Assembly: GCA_973851085.1 (NCBI GenBank)
Contig: OZ316776.1
Location: 2,666,001-2,730,000 of the forward strand
DNA length: 64,000 bases
Source: Ptychomitrium polyphyllum
Lineage: Eukaryota
Direction of reading: 5' to 3'
Shown here in pieces: positions 54,373 to 64,000 of the stretch. The notes under the pieces were generated by a model. It was not told the DNA's origin. It saw nothing but the letters and a program-made list of their open reading frames with translations, and did not search any database. Within the stretch, counting starts at the first letter, position 1, and the number at the start of each line of letters is the position of its first letter. The translations under genes were made by a program, and so were the position numbers.

Positions 54373-55868
54373 ACAATTCAAGGTTGCTTGAATATGGAGC
54401 ATTATATAGGAAGCTTTTCAAGAAGCTTTTAAGGCTTGTGGTTCTAGTATATAGTACTCATGGCCAAAAAAATCTTCACTCTCAATAACGCATCTCTCTA
54501 GTCTATTTAAGACCTTCTATTCTTGTCTCTATACCTTGTTATAGCTTCTAATATATCTTAGAAATATCTTATTCTATATCCTAAAATCCTAAAGCCTTGC
54601 CTTATTGTTACTTGTCCGTAACATTAGCAAGTTTCTAGAAACAAACCATGTATGTTGGCTACTAATTAATTAGCCATTTTCTGGTATTTAGCTTGAAATA
54701 ATTCCAAATTATTTTTTACATTACTTTCTATATATTTCTTTTTAAGCCTACAAAAGTTATTGGCCTTTTTATCTTTCTTAATATCCTTCCTAATGGCTTC
54801 TTTCAAAGAGATTTTATTATCATCCTCTTTTTTTAATAGGCTCCATATTATAAAAAACCAATTTGTTCATTTTTTCTACTTAATGTAGTTTGCACTATGT
54901 TGTTTTTTTCAACTTATAAATGATCTTCACTTTGTTTATTGCAATGGTACCATACCACCTAAATTGCTTCTAAAAACTTTGTTTTAAGTTTTCAAGTAAT
55001 TAAGAAAAATATCATTTATATAAACCTTGGTTTCAAATGCATCAAGTTAATTTTGCCATTCCTTTAAGCATTGTATTATGACGAATGATTTCTATTTGTA
55101 AATTCGCCATCTTTCTTTTGACTTTTGTAAGCTTTCTACTCTCAAATACAATAGATTTTCCTTCTTATAGAAAGACCCTCTCAATTGCATAGTCATTTGC
55201 ACTAATATAGATTTAAAAAGATTTATGAACTTTGATAACTATGGCATTAGTGCTAATGCAATCCCCTATTTGATTTTATTAAAGATCTTTTGATCATATT
55301 CCATGTAATTGTCTTCAATTCTTCTATAAACAACTCAATGAACAATGAATCAACCCTAAAAAAGTCCTTTATGAACCTTTATAGAAGTTTAGCAATTTGT
55401 AGAAACCTTTCATTTTCCTTCAAATCCTTAAAATTTCCTAGTTAGAACTTGGTATATAAAAATTTTAGTCCAAAAAACGGAATATAAAATTTATCTTATA
55501 TACTACAAATTTTCTATATGTCTTATTTGAATTCAACATGTGTTCTTTTAACCTTTGTAATACTATCCCAATGTGTTTTACATGCATTCCTTAGTATTTT
55601 AAAAAACTGATATACCATCCATATACACAATTATAAAGTCATCTAATTCAGAATGAAATATCAAGTTCATTGGCGTCATGAATATAGAAGGAGCATGGTA
55701 CAGGCAAAAAAGGCATCACCACGAATTTATAAGAGACTTCTCCTTAAGTTCCTAAGTACTTGGAAGGCAGGTTTTAATCTTAAACCAAAATTTCCAAAGT
55801 ACTGGTCACCGACACGCACCGAACCTTGAAAATCTGCAGCCAGAAGCGGCTATACGTAAAACCCTGAC

Positions 55869-56939
55869 TCAGGTATGGGGCACCTCTGCGGCAAAGGGCG
55901 TCTGAGAGAGCCCGGAGTCGGACGTGGGTGGGTGCTTGTGGTAGCGGCCGCACTCGTCCAGCGGGGTGGGCGGCGTCGGCGGCGGCGGCGGCCCGCAAGC
56001 GTGTCCCGGCGGAAAATGATCCAAGTTCGTATTGCGCCCGCGCATCACCGGCAGCGTCTCCTGCAGCTTCTCTCGCAGCGTGTACACCACAATTTCGAAC
56101 AAGATGAAAAGCGCGCCCTCGTACGCGCTTCCCATGGGCAAAATTTTGTTGTCCGTTACCACAAACCGAGCAGGCTCAGGTGGATACAACGTGATGCCAT
56201 TCATGGACCCATTCATCACCTGGGATTGGCGGAACGATAACCCACGTTGGGAACCTCGCATGGTGCCTCTCGAGGAGCCTCGCGCTGCAGCCGCATCCGC
56301 TGCCTCAATCATCTCATCGAGCTTTGCAGAAAGTTTCGACTTGCCTGGTGGCTGTGCGGCCATGAGGTCACCAGCTGGCACTTGAGGAGCTGTCTGGTTG
56401 CTGGATGGGAGTCGCCATGGCATTTTTCCTTCCACCATCATGGTGCATTCTGGGTGCACCTCGACGTTACCCTCGGTGGGGAAGTCGGGGTCGGCTATGG
56501 TCTGCGCGGGGACGAGGGCGACTGTGGTGGCGAGTGCTGCAGCTGCGCCGTCTGGTTTTGCAGTGATGACCAGCGCCCTTGCGCCCGAAGCTGTCGCCTC
56601 GGTGATCATGGGGTCTGCGCTGCTGGGCCATCCTGGTCCGGAGGTGACAATGAGGAGGTCCCCTGTTTTGAGCAGCGGGGTGCACATGTCGCCGAACATG
56701 TGCACTTTGCGGAGTCCAAGGTGGAAGAGTCGCATTGCGAAGCCTCGGATGATGAGGCCCTCTCTACCCACTCCGTAGAGCACTATCTGCTTGTCCCGCG
56801 CTTTCATGATCTCTTTTACTATGGGGACGCATGGATCCTGTTTGTTCAACTCTGCGCGGTTGAAGACGCGGTGAATCTCGGCTAGGGCTTGGATGGCCAT
56901 GAAGGATAACGAGGTTTGAACCATGACCGGGGACGCCAT
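55869..56939 (-). CDS. Intronless SIS-domain protein, 3-hexulose-6-phosphate isomerase (PHI/HxlB)-like, ~356 aa
   Basis: Motifs IVLYGVGREGLIIRGFAMRLFHLGL, GDMCTP..GDLLIVTSGPG, VPAQTIAD, ILPMGSAYEGALFILFE and RGRNTNLD. The start is taken at MASPVM (56939); the ORF is open back to 57035. Confidence 0.88.
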   Translation of the reverse strand: MASPVMVQTSLSFMAIQALAEIHRVFNRAELNKQDPCVPIVKEIMKARDKQIVLYGVGREGLIIRGFAMRLFHLGLRKVHMFGDMCTPLLKTGDLLIVTSGPGWPSSADPMITEATASGARALVITAKPDGAAAALATTVALVPAQTIADPDFPTEGNVEVHPECTMMVEGKMPWRLPSSNQTAPQVPAGDLMAAQPPGKSKLSAKLDEMIEAADAAAARGSSRGTMRGSQRGLSFRQSQVMNGSMNGITLYPPEPARFVVTDNKILPMGSAYEGALFILFEIVVYTLREKLQETLPVMRGRNTNLDHFPPGHACGPPPPPTPPTPLDECGRYHKHPPTSDSGLSQTPFAAEVPHT

Positions 56940-58052
56940 GGCTGCGCACTTTGCCTTTTGCTGGGAAAGTCTTGCTTGAGTGTTGGAACTTTGGATGAAA
57001 ATGATATAATTAATAGGGCGCCCAATGTGTTGCATGTCATGTACTGCAAATCACCGACGGTCTTGGAACAATTTTTGCTACCAATGGTGGTGAAATTTAC
57101 ATATGCTTCGACTGCAACGAACTTGCTGCAAGTCAACGAACAGTGTGCATTGGCAGCTCTCTGAATGCCGTCCGTGCGCCTGCGTCGTACTCATCATTGG
57201 GCTGCATTCAACCAGATAATATTCTTCTATTCCTTCGCGAACCACCCCTCAGATGTTTCTCACAGTATCCAGCATCTGGCCACGAAATGGCCGTTTTCAT
57301 AATCCACTTGATCTGTCCTTCCCTGCTCTTCTGCGATTCCTGCGAGTCTGACATGTAGCATTTGCTAGGTATGGGGAGAGGCAACTGCTGTTCAACTGAT
57401 TCCACTGGCAGTTAATGAGAGCTGATCATGTCCAAATTGGATGACAGGTTTAAACCTACCGGTCTTAGTGGATCCCAATAGTTACGTCCTTCCAGGCTCC
57501 GACAAACTGCTAGCAACTGATTACTTTTCCTGCAAGGTCTATATACCATAAGTAAATCACAATTTGTTACACGGTAACAAGATTCTAACCAAAAATTCAA
57601 GCCATAACAGATTCATTACGTTCTTAGTTTAGTTCTAAGTTTCATTCGAATTTCACGCACATGCAACTACTACACCAACAACCTGAAGCATACATCATAT
57701 ATGCATAATAAGTTGCAGGACCAAGGTGAAAACAACAAATTCGTCCAAGACTTTCAAAAGAAAACTATCAGGCTTCAACGCATTACATAGCAGCTTTAAA
57801 AAGCTACCCTTATTACACCACCTGCTCAGAGCATACAGGCACAAGAAAATTTCCTCAAGTCTGGAAGCCACACAGAAAGTAGAAGGTGTACACCAGAAAG
57901 GATATTGTAAATTGGGATAGGAATCCACAAGAAAGGTTGCTATTCCAAACAGTATAACGTGAGAATTCGTAACGCTATGCCATAGCTTTTCAAGCCGGAG
58001 CCATCTTTGAAAGGGACCACACATTGCTATAAACCCAAACGGATCAGTTAAA

Positions 58053-58780
58053 TCATTTAGGTACGACAATCGATTCTCCAGCAGATATGCTGTCACCGTC
58101 TCTGATTCCATTCGTTGCCATCAATGCTTCCACCGTAACCTGATTTCAAGAGCAAGTCAGTATATAATTAACAAAAATTATAGAGTGGCTGCAAGATCTA
58201 TTTCATGAAGATAAGGCGCGTTTAGAGGAAACGTTGCAGGAGGACATACATTATATTTCCTAGCAATGCCCCATAGAGTGTCACCCTTGTGCACTTGAAT
58301 TGTCTTGCCATCCAACTTCTTGTGTCCGAAATGTGAGATTTTACTTCCAGCAGCTTCTATGGTGTGCTTGAAATCAACTCCCTTATGCTCAGCACTGTGA
58401 GCAACACCTTTCGCGTTATGTTCGATCTCCTTGCCAGCATGTTCTGCAGTATGCTGGATGTCCTTCCTCAACGTATCCTTCTCCTGTGATTATAAGAGCT
58501 CATGTTAGAATCCCTGAACTGGATCACGTTACAAGAGCAAGCAATTTTTAGCAGAAATGTTTTATTTCCCTACCGTAATTACCTCCTTTGTGATGTGTCC
58601 TTGAGTGTGCACCTGTTGACGCTTTCCTCTTCCGGTGAGTGATTTGAACAAGCTCCATATGATGCCGCCAGCTATCACAGCACCTGCGGCCTTCGCAATG
58701 GTCTCATCCTTGATGCGTTTCTTGTCCTCAGGCTTACCCTCCGGCTTCGCAGCGGGCGCGGCGTTACCATTTGTTGCCAT
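58053..58780 (-). CDS. Membrane-anchored C-terminal LysM domain protein, ~172 aa, 3 coding exons
   Basis: Exons 58780-58583, 58483-58250, 58139-58053 are in phase. Hydrophobic segment AAGAVIAGGIIWSLF, His/Lys/Glu-rich linker, and LysM IQVHKGDTLWGIARKYNVTVEALMATNGIRDGDSISAGESIVVP. Confidence 0.92.
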
Positions 58781-60171
58781 TCTTACGATCTCTGAAAAGG
58801 AAAACAGACTGTCAGGTGAAGGGGCAGTTGGTGAAAAGGGCGATGTCACGGATTGTTTTTGAAGAGCGGATCAACAGTATTCCAGAAAATTGTCGAGATT
58901 GACACTATACATAATACAAATCCAACTACTGCTGATTAAGTGACTGCTCAACTACAACAGAGCAGCCGCTGCAAAGACCCCAAACTCATACTGATAACAA
59001 ACATAGACACGGAATGTAGAAGCACAATTAAACATCAGCCATTCGCGAGTGACCGAATACCACTGTAAAACCGAAGCAATCCGATAACAGACACAAATAA
59101 CAATCCTATAGTAAAAAAAACAATCCCGTAGTCATCCTCATAACCCCAAACTGATAAAGAATTTTTTAAGACGAATGCTCGTTCGATTACATCATTCCTC
59201 ACAAACCGTCTAGAAAAGTCACCACAACTCTCACAAATCCGCTCCTCACCCGAAGAAAACGTCGAGAAACGCGTCCTCCTCAAACGAACACCACGATGAC
59301 CACCAGTCACCAACACGGAAACCCCTGCTCTATTCCTCTCTACACCAAAAAAATAAAAAAACTCCCGACTGATCGCACCAATACCATCACTTCATTCAAC
59401 TGAGAAAAACCCCACCCCTCGATCGCACCCCGGTCGTAACATGAAACAGGCACACAGAGTTGGAGCAGGAGCAGGACAGAGTATGGTGGTTTAATGGGCA
59501 CGTACGTTTGTCACGTACAGTGCGTGGACAATGACCACTTGTGCAAACGGGACTGCAGAAGGAATCGTGTGTGTTTTACTGGCACCGGCGGTCGATCGAT
59601 TCCAGTGCCGATCCCGACGAGCGAGCACATGCAGCAGCACACAACATGCCAAAACCCCGGCCTTCGTCCTCGCGTTGCAGGCGTCGCTAGTCGCGAGGGA
59701 GACGACCCCCGAAGCTAACCCGAACCTGAAGAAGGTTCGGTACAGGTTCGGTGAAGGCACGAGACATGGTTCGGTATGCAGGGTGGGTCCTCCGTTTTTC
59801 CCTTGACCTTTTTAATCATTCGTAGCGAGTCGCGGGGACTCCGGATTGATGGATGAAGGAACGGACGATACGAGGGCTGGACAAACGAACGGATGAACGA
59901 AGTGGACCGCGGAAGAACGGGCAAAGTCACAGACGGTATACGGGACGTGAACAGGACGGACAGACGAATTATCTGGGATTCGATCAGGAATATTTCTCCA
60001 AAACCGTAGTTGTACACAAAAGCAGCATTCTCTACCGAAGGTATACATTTGAGTCATTCACAAGTGTTGGGTTCACGATGCAGTGACGGTTTAAAGTATA
60101 CATTCTTCATCCTGTTGGTGGTGCCATGAATAGACTATCATTGGGATGGTCTGATTTTGGTTTTGTCACGT

Positions 60172-60258
60172 GATAAGTGGGTAATCGGTAAGTTGGTAAG
60201 TCGCTAAGTTGGTAAGGTGGTAAGTTGGTAAGTTGGTAAGTTGCTAAGCTGGTAAGTT
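60172..60258 (+). repeat. 8-bp tandem repeat (GGTAAGTT), ~11 units
   Basis: Units at 60172, 60180, 60187, 60195, 60203, 60211, 60219, 60227, 60235, 60243, 60251; six contain exact GGTAAGT. Confidence 0.92.
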
Positions 60259-60499
60259 GTGCCTTGTTCTGGTTGGATGTGTTTGATGTGGTTCAGTTTT
60301 AACTTCAATTGGTTCTTGAGTGTTCACTGGAATCTGGGAATAGTTGAAACTCATGAAGTTTGGGCATTGTTGGAGGAGTTGTTAGTACAGTGTATGGATT
60401 GATATGGTGATGTATACTCTGGGCACAGGGCAGCTCCATAGCTTGAGTGTCAAATATTTAGAGTGAATCAAATAGAATGTAATCTATGGTACTTTGTTA

Positions 60500-62650
60500 A
60501 AAGAAACTAATTATTTTGAGATAAAATTGGTATTTTATATCATTATAACATTATGACCTAACTATTAGCATTGGTAACCATACAATCATGACTTTGAAGC
60601 AATTAAAAATGGTTACTATTCATAAAACTCAATTTTTTCATTGAATCAAAACAATAAGGAGAAAGAAGTTTCAACACACTTTTATAGCAATTTTTTACAC
60701 AATAAGAAAATGTTATGAATGTTTAAAATTAGTAATCTTGTGGATTTAGTCCCCTTTATTATAGATTGCTTCTAAACTTATTTAAAAATATTAAATTATT
60801 TTCAAATTTGAAAGGTGGATTTACAAATTATATGTTGTGTATAAATGTATTTTGCAAATAATATATTGTGTTGTCAAGTAAAAACTAGTGCAATTGAAGT
60901 ACAAACAAAGAAAAGACATTACATCTTTCAAATACATTGTATTGCCATACATTATAATGATATACATACCAAAAAACACTTTTGAATATAACACAATAGT
61001 TTTTATTAAAATATCATATGATTTCACTTTTGCGACTATGGCCTTTACACTCATAAAACTACTTTTCATAATATTAGCTAATAAGGATTTCAAAACAAAC
61101 TCCATCTTTGTAATGCTTGTAGCTTGTTTTGAACCAATCATCAAAGTACCATGGTCTATTTACATATTTTTAGTCCCTCAATCAATTTCAAGCCTTGAAG
61201 TGCTAAAACTTCCAACTTTAGAAGCTTTGCTTATGAATCCACAAAATTCATTATATTTTTGAAGCCTTTCCATTAGGTCCTACCATTTAAAGAAAGTTCT
61301 TTAGAATTTTCTACCAAAAAAACATCTACAATAATAGTTGACCTCTCTTAAACTACTTTTACTAGCATAGTCTTTACTTAAGCAACTACTATAATCATAT
61401 ATAAGGTTTGATCCTATTTTATATTGATTTCTATATTTGTCACTAAAATTACTTGCTTAGCTTTTATTGTCTTTTAATTTTCAAATTAATTCATACTCAA
61501 TGTCAATTTAACCACAAATACCACATTGAGTTAACAATGGCTTATTATAGTGGTAAAAACAATGGTGCTTGATATACCGTGAGGACAATATAATGCCAAA
61601 TATTTCACCACATCTTTTGTTTTTATTATTTTGATATTCCAATGGTATCTTCACTTTAGAAACTTTAGACCTAATAAGTGACGCGATTGAAGATGATACT
61701 CTGTTTGCAAGTATAAAACAACCATACTTTCCAATGTGTTTCACTTTTTAATGGATTTGTTATTGAGGTGGCTCTACTTGGCACATTAGAAATATTATCT
61801 TGTTTTAATTGTTTGGCTCTTTATATGTATATATGCTTTAGGACTTAGCCTTTCTATTACTGCCATTCCATACAATATGTGCTCAAGCTCTTTTAAATAA
61901 CAACTTGGAGCCATCTCCTTGTTTCTATATGAAGTTGTGTTTCTTTCCTCCAAATTTGCACAAAGTATTGCCATCATTGCTACTAACTTGGCAATATTTA
62001 CCTTTCAAAATTTAAAATTTAAAATTTGTTAATTTTATAGTTGCTTAATAATTGACCATTCTTTTTATGGAATCTTATTTTTTATATTAGTCATATTTAA
62101 TTCTAAATATAGCATTTAACATTCAACTAGTTTATATTCATTTATTCTAGATTTAAAGCAATAAAAACCAATTCCTAAGGATTTTTTTCCAATTTTAGAC
62201 AACCAACTTTTTAAAATTCATGTTCACCACAATTGAAATACATGGTTGAAAATTGAAAGTAAAAAATCAAAAGCTTTCATTTATTGCCTTTGATTTTTTT
62301 GTTGACTTGGAATTGTTAATCTAGAATGCCATGAATGTTTTTTCCTCAATCAATTTATTCTTTATTTATTAGGATTTTCAAAGACAAATTTCAAAGTTGG
62401 AATTATTTTAAGTTTCTATGCTTTACTTCATGTAATTCAAAGATTGTTCTATTTGCCGTAATTTAGAATTTCCTACATGTTCCAGTTCATAGTCTCAATA
62501 ATTTGAAATATTGCACCTTTCAAGTATTAAAAACTTTCTTTTTACACTAAAGAGAAATTGCAATTGGCAATGCAAATTTGATAAAATTTATATAAAAGGA
62601 TAGAATCTCTTTATAGATCTACAAACTTAGTTGATTATCTTTGAAAACCT
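60500..62650 (-). mobile_element. Decayed LTR-retrotransposon (probably Gypsy) gag/protease remnant; boundaries approximate
   Basis: AT-rich block. Minus-strand QCGICG near 61525-61510 resembles a gag zinc knuckle, and VKAIVAKVKSYDILI..VLY (61144-60821 ORF) resembles the C-terminal part of a retropepsin. Confidence 0.5.
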
Positions 62651-62701
62651 CTTTAGATCCCACTCGCTTCTATAAATTTGAGCCATATAATTGATAATAA
62701 A

Positions 62702-63127
62702 TGTTGCTACAAAATATTAAAACACAAGAAACAAGAAGTTTACACAAAGTGGTTTCTAAGAATTAGCTTCTAAATAACTAATGATTAACAAGAATTGATA
62801 CAAAGACTAGAACAAGGGCATAATACAATATAATCCACAACTTGTATTGGCAAGACTAAGATATATCTTATTTTGCCTCTTATTTATACTATGATGCTTG
62901 TATTTCTTAAGATGTTTCTAGATATGCTTCATATAAGCTTAAGAATGTTTTAGAAGTCTATGGAACCTTTTAAAGAGGTTTTTCAAGGAATAAGACCTTT
63001 CTAAAAAAAATTTCAAGTAAGTAGAATGGTTATGAAAGTATTGAAAGTATTTTAAGAAGCTACTACGATGTATTAAAAGGTTCTAAAAGATTCTGAAGGC
63101 TGTATTGCATGATTTGTATCTGTCACA
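62702..63127 (-). mobile_element. Solo LTR (~426 bp)
   Basis: Begins TGT, ends ACA, and is flanked by TAAA on both sides (62698-62701, 63128-63131; possible target-site duplication). Homologous in inverted orientation to 53815-54210. Confidence 0.75.
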
Positions 63128-64000
63128 TAAAATGTGTACATATTGATGTAAAGCTTCACAATAACTTCTTGTCTACTACTACAAAAATTTTAAATCTCAC
63201 AAATCTTTAATTGCTTGCATGTGGCAATATATAATTTTAATGTTGATCTTTTAATGCCTATATGTAAGCAAACCTACTACCACAATTTTAATATTAAATT
63301 GCTCTTGGATATAATACTTTTGTTTTGGATTCATTAAAATTTTGCTTCTTCAACCTAGAAGTAGCTAATGGTAATAATACAAATCTTTGTACTGATAGTG
63401 GCAAGTGCATTAATATTGTAATTTTTACAATAAGGTTTTCTTTTTAGAATATGATAGAATAGTGGTAATTTCTACATTTTTGCCAATTAACTTTGGCCTT
63501 ATGCCACTTATAATAGCATTTCAAATATCTATCGCAATCTAGAAGTCAAATTGTCTTATTCATGATTTTCCATGATAAATTATAAAATTAATAATAAAGT
63601 CCATATGTGAAAAAAACTAGCATATATAATCAACTCTTAATTCCTTATTAGAAGACCTTTTAAATTTTAACCTTTACATATATTATTTTTTCTTTACAAA
63701 TTTATTTGATATAGACTTAAATTACTTTTAGAAACTGCAAGTAGCAAGAAATAAGAGCTTTGGAATCAATATACGTTCTTAAATATAGAAGATTTGATGA
63801 TAAATTTTCACCTTAAAATAAGTGATTTTTTACAATATACATCAGCCTCTTTAATACATCATTGTTTAATGTCATATAAATTATTATCTATTCCATCACT
63901 TCTACTTACAAATTCAATATGAATAAGCCACAATTCAATGTTTTGAACACTGTCTTTTAAAAACTCTTCTATTCACATTTTAAAATAAGCACAATTTTTT

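Noticed and set aside
55875..56885. Long + strand ORFs opposite the PHI-like gene
   Set aside because: Antisense shadows of a GC-rich CDS.

Overview
Eukaryotic plant nuclear DNA. It is most likely a moss/bryophyte (inference from intron style, the gene families present, and gene islands alternating with very AT-rich decayed retroelements). Manual splicing with GT-AG sites and phase checks supports eight protein-coding genes: acireductone dioxygenase (5' end may lie outside the window), a small plant protein of unknown function, a 15-exon PDI-C (Erv41/46-thioredoxin hybrid), a multi-exon tandem cyclic-nucleotide-binding (CNB) domain protein that the ORF track shows only as fragments, an R2R3-MYB of the MYB98/64/119-FGMYB type, a GT8 galacturonosyltransferase (GAUT), an intronless SIS-fold 3-hexulose-6-phosphate isomerase-like gene, and a membrane-anchored LysM protein. 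Also present are a protein-kinase pseudogene, decayed Ty3/Gypsy remnants, two inverted copies of one LTR, several tandem repeats and a perfect 25-bp intronic hairpin. The most interesting object is the stand-alone two-CNB protein: its first pocket is degenerate, and its second is an intact PKA-type pocket split by a ~365-aa insertion. It sits head-to-head with the FGMYB-like gene, and unexplained minus-strand spliced exons lie between them. No database searches were run; family calls come from motif recognition.
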